Positions 50,714 through 64,000 of a DNA stretch of 64,000 nucleotides are shown here, piece by piece. This DNA is from Balanoglossus misakiensis (lineage: Eukaryota > Animalia > Hemichordata), in NCBI GenBank assembly GCA_040954595.2, contig CM082581.2:12845921-12909920 (forward strand), in the 5' to 3' direction. The position numbers and the translations under genes are program-made. Each line of letters starts with the position of its first letter. Position 1 is the stretch's first letter. The notes under the pieces were generated by a model. The model saw nothing but the letters and a program-made list of their open reading frames with translations. It did no database searches and was not told the DNA's origin.

Positions 50714-53700
50714 ACTTGTAATTCTGTGCATGGTGGGTGGATGGATTTACGTCTGTCTCTGATCAAACCATTAGTGACCTCATCTGAGTGGAAGCGGGAA
50801 TGCTTATCTTTCACAGATCGCTTCTTCACAGCTACACAATTTAATATTGACCATGACTTTTATTCCGACACTCATCGAGTTACAGCCGGGCTGTGTTCGC
50901 ATACACCCAATTACCCAGGAGGCCATTGAACGCTGATCGACAATGTACATGTTTCCAGGCGGTTAATCGCACCCTACCGTAGCCATGTCTCTCCCAATTA
51001 TTTTCCAATTTAGCCGCCCGTTTCACTTGTATTTTCAGTACGTCTGCAAAAAGGGGCTTAGCAGTCACGCAGACATTATAAAGATTTCAAGCTATAATCT
51101 CAATTCTCCACCGAGAGATAAGCTTATATAACTTCAATTTCAGGGTGCAATTGATATTTGGGTTGTCGTAGCAAAGCAACTCTGTGTGTTATTACATTCT
51201 ATATGGAATTTGCGAGCGAAATGGCGTATTGATGTAACGCATGAACAGACACATATGTGAGCCCACGCCAAAATAGCTATTGGCCGTAAGATATTTAGTC
51301 AGTCTCTGCCAAGGTCTGTCGCATGCGTCAACAGAGGAAGATTTCATTGACATTTAGAGAAGTGAATTACCGTGGAGGGAGGGAGGGGGAGGGAGGGAGG
51401 GGCTGACAAGGAGAATTTATGAGATACACGGCTGGGAAGACAGACAGACAGACAGACAGTGAGACATGGAAACAGAAAGGGATTTAATCACATCTTTGTT
51501 AGGCCACATGGAACTGCCCACACACAGCACGTTTACGTTTCTACAGTATGGACTGTAATTTTGCAGATATCGTTCGTAAGATTGATCACATTATCAACAG
51601 CCCCATGGCGCAATGACACAACTTCTCGTGAAAGCTGACACTTTCATAAATATCTGCCCTTCTAAAGGCTCTGAAACATCTGAAAGATTCGGCGTATGGC
51701 CGATTTTCAACAGTTATTTATTAATGTTGATATTAAATACCATGGTGTCATATCATTTTCATGGTTGACTTGACAGCATTTTGATTATTTTTTAATATTT
51801 TACCCCGTTCTGTTCTATATTCAAAAAGGGGGGTGGTTCGCAAGACTGCGCAGTTGGCTTGTAAGATTCATGAAGCTTATACTTGTCTGAACATTTTTTT
51901 CTGTGTGACATTTTTGTTGTAATCATGATTTTTTTTATTTCTTCCTGAATTGAAACGACAGTTTGGATGCACCTCTAAGTCTTATTTGCTCGAAACTCGA
52001 ACCTTATTAATCTTCTACTGAGATATTGAGGAGAAATCGAATGAATGGTCGGCAGAGAGTTCCTGGCAGCCATACACAACGTGGAGGTATATACGTGGGT
52101 GGATCAATAGTACACACATTCCAAGAAAGCCGCACTTCATTCAAAATTTAAAGGAAACGTCGAGGGTTGTAAGGCTAATGGATGGACGGTAGAAAAAGGT
52201 AACCAAAAGATATCGGTAAACCTTTTATCTGGATATTTTTCTGCACCGGGTGGTAATAATGTGTTCTCTTGTGCAGTTCTCTGCGTCGTTTTGATGTGTC
52301 CGCATTACAAAATGTTAGCTCATCTCAATTACAGGACTCATCGAAATGCTTGCGACCTTTGAACCTTCCAGGGTCAGGTCCGCTTTCACATAGCCGGTAT
52401 TCAGGCATGCGTTTGAAATGGAGTAGTGGGTGTGATGACTGTTGTCGAGGTGTTTGTAATAATAATGGATGATTCTTGATACTCATAGATGACTTGTGGG
52501 TCTGACAACTCAAGCGAAACGGCCAATAAACGAGTATATATATCAAATCATCACTGGAATTAAATCCACGTGATACTGAGTATATGTCTCTATGTCTGTT
52601 TCTCTGTGCATCTTTGTCATCTATGCATATCTCAAGAAGCCTGATCAGATTTCAACCACCTTAGACAGATACTGATTACGTTTTGGTAGGAGTGGCTTGT
52701 ATATTATTGAAGTTATCAAGATTATTTTTTCTGATAATGGTTGTCTATGAAGAGCACAATGGAAGTCTTGGCATCACATGAAAACAGGCACATGACATAT
52801 CCGTGGACGTCTTCCAGGAAAACGAGTAAGACGGGCAAAAAGCAGACTGCAGACAGTGTTTATTGAACGACTAATTGAATTTACCTCGCTATAACAGCAA
52901 GCATAGTGACACTGTTGTTGCGTGTCATGGTGGTAATTCGTTGTCAAATCAAATACAGCTCCGAATGTGTGTATTTGTACCTAAGAAAGAAAATGTCTTG
53001 TCAGGGGCAATACGACAGAGAATTGACAAGGAAACACAATTCTATTTAGAGGGTTAATGTTGCTGTCTTTCGCTTGAATTTTTGTAAATTTGATCTCTAA
53101 TACGATATTATACGTGCCTGCCTGTAGATACATATATACGATTGCTCTTTATTCACAATAAAAAAACTGTGTTACAATGAAAAAACAACTACACGATACA
53201 TTCTACATTTACTTTTTGTGAACACACACATTATAAGCATGTCTGTGACACTGGCAATAACTGTACCAACGTGCGTGTAGTCAACGACTGAGCCCAGTGA
53301 CTTGCCTAAACAGAAGCTAAGAGCAATCCCTTCACTTATGAAAAGGTGAGCAGCAGTTTGCCACAAATTAGGTTAAAAATCTTGAGCAGTTTATTGTCAA
53401 AGTTAAACCCCTGGAGATGGCGATACACATACGGACAATCTGATGGGCTTTGACGAGATTGTAACATTTGATTCGCCCTACAGCAAATACCGCAGAAGTG
53501 CCAATGTTATCCAATGACGGCGTTTGCGCAGTTTAATACATCACTCATAAATGGACACTGCTGTGTCAACCTTGAAAAAAAATTTTCCAGAATGGCGACC
53601 CGATTTGTGCAATTATTTTCCGCAGTGATTTTGCTCTGTGAATATTTGACGGCCACAATAGAACATGCAATTGCAACGTAATACATTATTACATGAGAAT

Positions 53701-54096
53701 CGCATCGAGTACAAAACTACCTACACATTATCAATTGTTCAGAAATGATTTTTTTCTCTACGTCAGAATACAGATTCACACGCCATTTAATCGCTTTTCG
53801 ATAAAATGTATCCTTTGACATCATCTCTTTTTCATACACCGCCACAGCGTTCTTCCTTTCTATTCAAGTTAAATTTTATTATTTTTCGCTCAATTACATC
53901 AATCGGAAACGCTGTACCACGACTGAGACGGATCAATACCGGAGAAAGCAAGAAAGAGACCAAGGTGGATCTGTCGTAAAGTAGTGGCAATCAACGCCGC
54001 AGGTAACGTATAGATGCGGATAAGAAATTGTTGATTACCTGCAGCGGTTAACCAATGAACGATGATCAGGGACTGTCCAGTATTTTTTTCCGAGGC

Positions 54097-54117
54097 GGGG
54101 GGGGGGGGGGGGGGGGG
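54097..54117. repeat. Poly-G homopolymer (G21)
   Basis: Direct reading. Confidence 0.9.
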
Positions 54118-56699
54118 AGGTCTAATGATTTTTATCCTGGGAACATAGGCTTGACTTCAGGTTAACTCTCATTACTGGAAATAAATTGTGATGGTCTTTC
54201 ATCTTTTTGTACATCTTAAACATGCATACATGAGACGCCACAATCATCTAATAATTTCAGTTTAATAACTAGTCAATGAATTTTCATTCAAAAAATCAGC
54301 CAAAGTGCTAAGTGATGTCATTTCGACTATAGTAAGGTCTCTCGTGAAGCTAAATGAGCAATACTGAACTGCAGAAGGCTGACCCGAACTGTCTTGAACT
54401 GAACTAAACTAAACTGAACTTGAATTAATGAAGTTCAAAGCTAATGGTATTTATTCATTTAAGTCGATAGCAACTTGCAAATGTTAATATTCAATCATTA
54501 TTATGGCACAATTTTGTGATAGAAAATATTAGTCCTATTAAAACATTTGCATGCGCGTGAACTGAGAACAAACATGATTATTGAAACCATCCTCTCATGA
54601 GCATGTGATTCAATTTAACATTGCCAACTGAAAGTTTAAAAGGTCGTGGAAATTTTGGTTCCTACGTCAGTAATTTCATTAACATTTCTTTAATATTAAT
54701 GTCCATATTTGACCTCCAGTTCCTCCAAAATAATACACCCTGAGATCGTTCTTCATATTTATATGAAGAAAATCAGTTTTATTCGAACACACAGTTGTGA
54801 AGATATTTTCTATGTTTGCCAACAATGAAACAAAGTTGATATCTAGCAACATTTGAAGCGATTTTTTTCATCTCACCACTCATGGAAATGTGAGGCTCCC
54901 CTTTGCCAGTAAAATAAAATTCCCACATGGAAAAGTACACGTACACCATGGTTGAGGTGTCTGTCGATAGAAACCCCAAGGTACAATAGATTATTGCATT
55001 TATTAGCCGCAATTGACCGCAGCTGAGATGATAGCCTCCTGGTACAATGAACTTATCTTAGTTTATAGGTTGAATTGCCCTGGAAAAAGTACTACACCGA
55101 TGGTTTAGATAATTGTCATGTAAATAAACAATCCAATCTCAAGAAGTTTGCCTGTTCTCTTCGTGAAGGCTACTCCCTAACGAACTCTCTATTTTATCGC
55201 GAATCTCAAACTGCCAATGCGATAATCGGAATTTGCTCTTTTCTCTTCACAGGTCGCCGAACCATTAAGGAGAAATATGTTTCCGTCAAACATTAAGAAA
55301 TGCACTAACATGTTATTTCTAGCCGACTTATCAAAGAACCCTATGCCTGTATAGTATTGCAATGGACATTATTCGCAATGCTTACAGACGGAAATATTTT
55401 TACTCTAGGATCAAATGAACGTCATTGGGGTCCGATGGTTTGCGCTGCGGCAATTGCTGAACCAAAAACAATAACCCAAAGTGAAAATTAAAGCGATCAA
55501 AATATTTCTGGAGACGTTTGATTATCCTGAGAGGACACAAACATGCAATCAAGATGTGAATGCATTAAGGTTGTGGCATGGTATGTCATCTGTCACTGAA
55601 AAGCACATTTGGCCGACCTAGCTTGAAGAATGCTTTGCTTTGTACTAGTGAAAGAAGCTTATAATTTGATCAACCAGGTTGACTCTTCAGAAATGTCAAG
55701 TTCATTGTTAGTCTCAAGCCATGAGGGAATTGCCAGAAATTTGATTGTATTCAACAAACATGCGCCAAATCTTGTAAACTGACTTCACTTTTATATACAC
55801 ATGCGCATGTGCAAATTTCCTTTTCATCTAGTAAGATATGGATTCCATTCACCCATTTGTAGTATATGTTTTAATTATAAAGAATGCCGGGATCGTTTGC
55901 TTTCAAAACGGAACATTAAAGAGTAAAATACTATAAGTAACCGCAATGCACGTCAACTTACGAGATTGTACATGCATGTATTTGAAGTCTTCCTGGATTT
56001 TTCCATCCTGAACTAATAACCCTCAATACATGTTTGGCTTTGCTTTCTCTGGTCTGTGGCATCCAATAAAACATCACAAATTACAGTCTGTACAAGTCAG
56101 CGAAGGAAAACCCGACTGCATTTATTTGGTTATAATCATCAATAATTGCAAATCATCCCAGCGGAAGAACTTGCCAAGACTGGCGAGGCGAAATCTAGTA
56201 TTACAGCAGTCTCGGCGGAAATTTCCACGCTTGGTAGCTTCCTTTCAGTGAGGTTCATGTAGCCGAAGTGGCCAAACGTCTGTTCAAAACTCGCTATGAT
56301 ATTTCAATTTTCAAGCCCACTGCGAAAGCTTAGTCAGAATACACCACTCGTCAGTGTGGTTTTGTGCAATGTGTCAGAATATTCGTGCATGGCAATCGCC
56401 ATCATACAACTCAGATGCATATGATTAAGAACCCCTCACTATGGAGGACTGGACCTTTCCTTGAGCCACCTGCGTTCAGATCGCCTGTGTCTGAGTATTC
56501 CTAGATGGCAGTTTTTACGGATATTACCATGTTAAACACACATGTAGCATGACAAGTTCTCTTTGCACACCTATTTTCCTACAAGTTCCGTTCGTCCGTC
56601 GGGTGACTGAGTGTTTTCCTTTTTCAGACCTGCGCAAAGGATTTCGTCGAATCATCGGTGTCTCGTATCGGATGATGAAGTGGAGCGATCGGAAGGATC

Positions 56700-56713
56700 G
56701 TTGCCATGGTGAC
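56700..56713. promoter_or_regulatory. RFX X-box motif
   Basis: GTTGCCATGGTGAC. Confidence 0.45.
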
Positions 56714-56934
56714 TGTAGAACTGTTCGCACAGAACTCGACATTTGAGGAGAGTTTGCCCTTTACAACAGACACTTTTACTGCTTTTGTAGCTGTACTTGA
56801 GAATAAAGTACTACTTCCGTTTCAACATCTTACAACATCGACAATTTAAACAGCTTTAACCATCATAAAGAGCCAATCATAATCTCACATCATCTTTAGT
56901 TGAACAGACCTCCCACCTTTTATCTCATTGTGTC

Positions 56935-57981
56935 TGTATATGTGTGTGTATGTATGTATGTATGTATGTATGAATGTATGTATGTATGTATGTACGTACG
57001 TATCTATGTATGAATGTATGTATGTACGTATGTATGTATGTATGAATGTATGAATGTATGTATGTATGTATGTATGTACGTATGAATGCATGTATGTATA
57101 TATGTATGTATGTATATATGTACGTATCTATGTATCTATGTATGTATGTATGTATGTATGTATGTATGTATCTATGTATGAATGTGTGTATGAATGTATG
57201 AATGTATGTATGAATGTATGTATGTACGTATGAATGTATGTATGAATGTATGTATGTATGAATGTATGTATGTACGTACGTATCTATGTATGAATGTATG
57301 TATGTATGTATGTACGTATGAATGCATGTATGTATGTATGTATGTATGAATGTATGTATGTATGTATGAATGTATGTATGTATGTATGAATGTATGTATG
57401 TATGTATGTATGAATGTATGTATGTATGTACGTATGAATGCATGTACCGGTATGTATGTATGTATGTATGTATGTACGTATGTCTGATATGTATGTACAT
57501 ATGAACGTATGTATGTATGTATGTATGTATGTATGTATGTATGTATGTATGTATGTATGTATATGTATGTATGTATATATGTATGTATGTATGTATGTAT
57601 TGTATGTATGTGCCTCATCCCTCCTGCTAGCCAGCCAGTATGTATGTATGTATGTATCTATGTATGAATGTGTGTATGAATGTATGAATGTATGTATGAA
57701 TGTATGTATGTACGTATGAATGTATGTATGTATGAATGTATGTATGTATGAATGTATGTATGTACGTACGTATCTATGTATGAATGTATGTATGTATGTA
57801 TGTATGAATGTATGAATGTATGTATGTATGTACGTATGAATGCATGTATGTATGTATGTATGTATGTATGTATGTATGTATGTATGTATGTATGTATGTA
57901 CGTATGTCTGATATGTATGTACATATGAACGTATGTATGTATGTATGTATGTATGTATATGTATGTATGTATATATGTATG

Positions 57982-58015
<34 letters not shown>

Positions 58016-58062
58016 TGTATGTATTGTATGTATGTGCCTCATCCCTCCTGCTAGCCAGCCAG
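56935..58062. repeat. ~1.1-kb compound (TATG/TGAA/TACG/TATC)n microsatellite with an internal ~420-490 bp tandem duplication
   Basis: The unique tag TGCCTCATCCCTCCTGCTAGCCAGCCAG occurs at 57611 and 58035; TGTCTGATATGTATGTACATATGAAC occurs at 57481 and 57905. This repeat explains all the HTYI/MYVC ORFs. Confidence 0.97.
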
Positions 58063-58502
58063 CTTCGGCTTTTTGTCTATTTTCCTAGCCTCAGTGCCAA
58101 CATTTCTTCAAAACACAAACCCACTTTGAGCAGATCTGGTGACGAGCAAACTATACCATCACAGATATATGGTTTCATTCATCAGGAAACGCTATGAATC
58201 TGTTCAATTTGCGATTCCTTTGTTGGGGCCAGTCGTTGTTTTTGCAGTGTCGGTGTGTTTGGCAAGTGGTTACATTCGTTTTATTATCAGTCACAGTTAT
58301 TAATACACTTCTTATCTTGTCCTGTTCAATTTGGATGATGAAATATCATATTCTTGGGATTTCACAGAAAGAAATCATTGCCTCCACCACACCTTCCAAC
58401 AAAGGAGTCCACACGTGATCGTGTCTGGGTGGATAATTTTCCAATATTGCAAAGAAGGCGACCAAAATCTGCCACTCAAAAAGTCTAAAATGGACATAGA
58501 GT

Positions 58503-58516
58503 GTTACCATGGCAAC
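58503..58516. promoter_or_regulatory. RFX X-box motif
   Basis: GTTACCATGGCAAC. Confidence 0.55.
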
Positions 58517-59291
58517 ATTAACAAGATAAGGCGTCTTAATGGAAGCCAACTAAATTAGATTATCCCGATTGATTGTTGGCATAACATGTTTGATTCGGCA
58601 AAGTCGGGTGTCTGTATAATTTCTGCCAGTCTGCGGAGCTGTGACTTGAAATTAGTGTTTGATTGAATCTGTTAAGTACTCAGGCCAGTTTATGTGCCAC
58701 TGCCTGGCATATCCCACATCAGAGCCAATAAAATCCTCTCAGTCTTCATCAGCGTCCAGTGAGAACATGCACTTACCAGGGTATGTGGCCAGGACTAACA
58801 TGTCACACAATTAAACTTAGAAATTGACTCTGTAAAACTTAAAGCGGTTGCGCTATACTCACTCGAAAAAAAAACACAGGCAGCCGGAAAGTGCATTTTC
58901 TCCCTCACTCTGTTTAAATCTACCAAATACACCTGACGACCATGATAACCTAAGTAATATGGTGGTTCTTTTTTTTGTGCAAACTGTATTATGGCTTTTG
59001 TATTAATGTTTATGTGAAGACAATGTTGTTTCCAAAAAAATATGTTGATCGCCATGACAATTCTGTCCAATATTGATGAATTCTCTAAAATCCTCAAAAT
59101 ACAGTGTTTTTCACATCTTAAAAATTGCTTTGATGATTGATACAATAAAGGGTGATGTAAACTCAGTTCTTAAGTACTGGTTGTTCCTGCTATAATATTC
59201 AATCATGAGATGTCTTGTTACCAATGTGCTGAACAGAATTTACACGCGCAGTTGCTAAGGAAAGGTTAGCTCCATGCTACCAACTTATAGG

Positions 59292-59305
59292 GTTTCCATG
59301 GAAAC
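59292..59305. promoter_or_regulatory. RFX X-box motif (perfect palindrome)
   Basis: GTTTCCATGGAAAC; a near-match GTTGCTAAGGAAAG lies at 59251. Confidence 0.55.
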
Positions 59306-62050
59306 TGGAGTCTTTCGGTTTTTACCCTTGAAAGTACGCAAGTGTCGAAAGCAATCAAATATCGCTTTTTCTAATCTAACATTTACCATCGAATGGATCC
59401 CGTGTACTATTGATTGGGAGATCTGTCTCCATCGATATTTCAGCTAAGAATATATTTGAGGTTATTGAAAATGGAAAAAAGGTGTCAGGAACAGTGGCAT
59501 GATAAGCCTGAAATTCTTCATTTTCAAATGTCTGACACGTAGACATAAAGTAATCACTTATAATTGATTTTTACACCAACGATCTACTTCCGGCTGTTTA
59601 TGTGGTGAAAAGACATAACCACTTGGAGCCACGACCTCCAAGTTGTACCCCCGGAAGCACTTTAGAAATGACGTCATGTCCTTGTACACCAAGGTGGTGC
59701 GCATTCCCATGGACGAATGCCTTGGAGCCTGCCGGATGTGCCTTGACCAAAGACCCCATATATATACCCACCCACAAAAACTATTCATTCTCTCTAATTG
59801 AGTTTTAATACTACAGCAGTATCACGTTCAATAAACCAACTATCTGCAGATGTTCGGTACAATTGACCTATTGGACAAAATGGCTCAAGTGCTGCAAATA
59901 CAGTAACACTAACAGATTCAAAACTTGTTCCAACAGATATCATAGACTGAACATTTACCAAAATACGATGAAATTTATAATGATATTACATATCCAGGCT
60001 CACCCTACCTTGATGTCAAACCATATTTAGATAAAAACAAGTCATTATCCTATGAACACCGGCAGAGTAACAAAATGTTAATATCCAATAAGGACTGCGT
60101 ATCGAATCAGACGATAAAATGATAATGAATCGACGTCTACTTTCAAATCACAGAATTTCAATCATGGGCATAATCTAAGCACAGTCACCCCACACACAAA
60201 GCAGATGACAAATAATTCAAGAAAACGCCTTGAGACAATACTGATAACAAATCTCAATACTACTGCACCACTTGGTCTAACCTGATCCACCAGTAATTGG
60301 TGGCAAGGGTTGAATGACCGCGACACTAAGTGTTGCAATCAACATCATTTAAGCGATGGCTATACTCGTATTGCCGACGGCCGGAGATCAACTGTTGGCT
60401 AAATTTAACTCCTCGACACAGATGTTTCACCTTGGCCCCCGGAACTAATGTAACTTGCCTTGCTGATTGTTTTTTTTACCGGCTGTGACTCAAAATAACA
60501 CTCGTCACTGATTGGTTGATATCAAATTGGCCAGGCCACCATCTACCAACCAACTCTTTGGGTCAGAAGAAGCTAATCTAACTCTTTAGAATACATTGCA
60601 CTGTACATGGCAGTTATGATCGAACTGTAAATGGTAATACCTCATTTAAACACGGGCTTACACCTTCCATTTTATGCCTGCAGACAATAATCCCACGACA
60701 ACCGCGTAAACTATAACCTTAGCTGGATACTCCTATTGCAACTAATAGGACACTCCCCGGCGCGATGAGTTTTTATGAAAGTACAAATAAGCTTCATTTT
60801 TCGAACAATAATATTCTGTCAGAACACCAATCGCCTCTTCTTTGCAACAGCCTAAAAGGGCACCCAATGGGCTGTCGTTCGCAGATTACAGTGGCCGCGA
60901 AGATTGGTTATGCTTATAGTTAACGAGATATTTAGCAGTTCGCATAAATGTAAGGCTTCCTAAACAGTAAGCTGATGCTAAACCATCCCCAGAAATATAG
61001 GTAGGGCGGACTAGGTACAAAAGTACGACTCCCTTCTTATGATGTTTACGTTACAAAACACAGATCCCATGTGAATTTACGCACGTTTCCGTTGTAAAAC
61101 AAATTGAATACTCTATTAGACTCCTACTAAGCGTCGGTGCGTATGATCACAGGTAAACATGTCCCTCGCCCTGCTTATTGCTTGTTACCGAGTGCAGTTA
61201 CTGAACCTCATTTGTAATGCGATGCATCGGAGACTTTACCATTGGGAAATCCTCCCAGTTCTTGAAATTAGGTTATAGGATATAATCTGAAGTAAATACA
61301 TCATATTAAAGTTGTGGTTCAGGGTGAAAGAACTCAAAAGAGGTGCTGGAACAAGGTTAGGTAGGTCAACAACAAGGTTATGTTTTCATGATTTGCTATA
61401 ATGAGCTCCCGTGTTAACAAACGGGTGATATTTTTTTAAAGATGTATACACTGAGATGATATTCACACAATTATATTATTCATTATTTGCACATTTAAGC
61501 ATTACTATTCATAAAAACAAGCCTTAAATTTCAGTTTGACATTCCCAAAGTGAGATTTTTGGGGAAAGAGTGACCTGGATCAGTGACAATTTAACAGAGT
61601 TCTAGCTCCCAGAACAGTACCATCTAACCCTCCCAAAACGCATGAATGGGCAAACACCAGCTTCACAGAACTGAACACAGTCATTTATACAACGGGAGAA
61701 GATATAAATTACTATTCACAACACGTTTTCATCTGCACTTTGGGGTGATCCTTGGATCGTAACTATCGTAACTTCCATTAAATAAGCGTTACGAGGTCAT
61801 GGCGGCAAATGAGATAGGCACGAGGGTTTCTTTCAATATTTTTGTTCAGAGATGATTGATTTTTATTATCGGGAGAAAGGCGCATCACGTTTAACCCCAC
61901 CACAGACGATGTAAGTCGTTGCCTTGCCCTGTCTTATCACTGAAAAAATCATACAACAGCATAAAGAGAGAGAACATCCGCAGTTATGAAGATAATTCTA
62001 TAACGCTGCAGCTCATTATGGGATATCGACACAGCAGAAATCACTCACCA

Positions 62051-62095
62051 GAATGAATGAATGAATGAATGAATGAACAAATGCATGAATGAACG
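62051..62095. repeat. (GAAT)n microsatellite
   Basis: Six perfect units followed by degenerate ones. Confidence 0.9.
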
Positions 62096-64000
62096 CATGC
62101 ATATGTATGTAGGTAGGTACATAAAGGTAGGTTGACGTGACCGTAACTATGTACCGGTATATTCATGCGGATGTAAAAATTCAGCAATTCTTCGGTTTTT
62201 TAATATTCCATTTTACATTAATACATGTAATAACATTGTGCAGCTGTAATATTTACATGTACATTCTATAAGGTTCATATAAATATAACCAGCAGATCAG
62301 GTATTTCATGGTGAAGACAAAATATTAATAACAGTTTTGAAGTAAATATATGAATTTCGGAGTTACTATAATTTTAGAAGCCCATTGACATTTATGGCAG
62401 CGGCAGTTAATTTGGAGAAATCACAATTTATATCGTAGGTACTACAGCGATCGATATTTTCTCAATGTTCCTATAAAATTAATGAGATACAATTACAGTA
62501 AAATATCCATATTTTTATGTGAAATGTTCTGGAAATAATTTATTGCTCTTTCAGGGGTGTACACATAGTCGCTTGATGCAAAGATAGCAATATAGCAGAA
62601 TGTTGTCATTAAGTTCAAATAAAAGTTAACAAAGAGAAATAGAATGGCAGACAGTTGCAGCCGCTAGTAGTAATAAAATGTCATTTCTGGAAAGAAAAGA
62701 TAGAATGACAATGGTATCGCTTGTGATTTTTTTCCAATTCAAAGCAGTGAAAGAAAATCCAAATGTGGAACAAAGTATAGACGTTGTTATTCTCTTTGCA
62801 ATCCCGTGATAATTCACTTGGTCAATCTGCATGTGTGTGAAATCGCTAACAGTATGACAATCAACAAAAAAATGTATCAAGTCGATCTGTTAGGAAAGAA
62901 AGTTTTCGAATCAAATCGAAATGGCCATGACCACATCGTTAAATTTCAGAATGTCGACAGCCAGATCGTTCATGTAAATGATTATGATCGAACACAGTGC
63001 AGACATCGGCGTGATCACGTGACAGGAATGCGGAAGTGTTGGAAGTCTGAAAAGTTCCAAATTCCTCAAAATTGATCACTGATTTTGGATTGACTCGGTT
63101 ACATGTGCATAATGTGCCAAAAACTAAGAGGTACCGGAAGAAGTGAGTTCTCTAATGCAGATATTTATTTTGGAATGATGTTTCTTCCTACAAGTTTCCC
63201 CTCTCCCTCTTTCTTTTGATAACAGGGCGCTCTTTTATCAGGAAAATGCGGCGATGATGTGCCTGAAGCATTCCCATATCTAGAACATAATTATCATCAA
63301 CATTACAAATAATTGAACTTTTATGTCAGTCAGTTAATTCACTTTTAAACTCAACACATCACGCTTTTTTGCTTATTGTTAGTTTCTGATGCCGCCTCCT
63401 CATAGAGGCAAAGACACTGTTGCCAAGGCCTGCTAATTAACTGGCACCTTATGTAATGGTTGGACAAGTCACACATGGTCCTGTGACGCACCGGGAAGTC
63501 ATTCCATCATAGACATTTACGGAAAATCCGTACATATTTCCCTTTCCCCTGAGGGAATGTAATCGCCCTACAAAAGAGTTACGTTCGGCTGTCTTTAGTC
63601 ACGGCTGAGCTGTTGAGAACTTTCGCACCCACAGACTGAGCGCCGGTTGATAATGTCTCGAAAAGCCCGGGGCATTTTTTCATAAGCGAAAAACCATTAA
63701 AATTTTACATCTTCTTTAGTGCGCAAACTAATCACAAAATGGCCAGATTTTGCTGCTATCTGGGAGAGAATAAAATGTAATCAAATGACAATTTTCAATT
63801 TTATTAACACTGACAGCATGTTTTGTTCATGAAGCTGTCTTCAACGAAGCAACTAAAAATGTTGTGTGTTCCGTTTGATGCACAATAATAAGCTCAAAGT
63901 ACATGCGGTCTGGTGTCTGTACAAAGGAAACGAGATTTTTAAAGTGCGAACAGAGTTATAATCGAATATTTTCATGTTGAGTTTATGACAGCATGCATGG

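Noticed and set aside
52580-52700. Possible degenerate interspersed repeat (CATATCTCAAGAA...TGATCAGATTTCAACC...TGATTACGTTTTGG)
   Set aside because: Reminiscent of common marine-invertebrate non-autonomous elements, but single-copy in this window and not verifiable without a repeat library.
56885-58197. Long HTYI/MYVC-repeat ORFs (up to 252 aa)
   Set aside because: Translations of the TATG microsatellite.
1-64000. CRISPR array, rRNA or prokaryotic operon structure
   Set aside because: The sequence is eukaryotic (spliceosomal introns, GPCRs, microsatellites); no repeat-spacer array was seen.

Overview
Gene-sparse genomic DNA from an invertebrate bilaterian animal. The taxon is an inference from an H2-like histamine receptor co-occurring with an invertebrate-type D1-like dopamine receptor. 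Three protein-coding genes are supported. (1) An intronless histamine H2-like GPCR (1839-2933 +). (2) A spliced minus-strand gene that the ORF track shows only as fragments. I reconstructed it by hand as 7 coding exons (8456-5933) with 6 short GT-AG introns, all phase 1. It encodes a 511-aa low-complexity protein containing three tandemly duplicated ~65-aa exons and many short linear motifs; I do not recognise a family for it. (3) An intronless Dop1R2/INDR-type dopamine receptor (38878-40350 +). The non-coding parts hold a frame-preserving 165-192 bp tandem repeat, a decayed ISL2EU/Harbinger-like DNA transposon (~32.55-33.72 kb), a near-perfect 26-bp hairpin, six high-consensus RFX X-boxes, seven full CRE palindromes, and a 1.1-kb compound TATG microsatellite with a higher-order duplication. 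No rRNA, tRNA or CRISPR array was found. All family assignments rest on by-eye motif comparison, not database searches.
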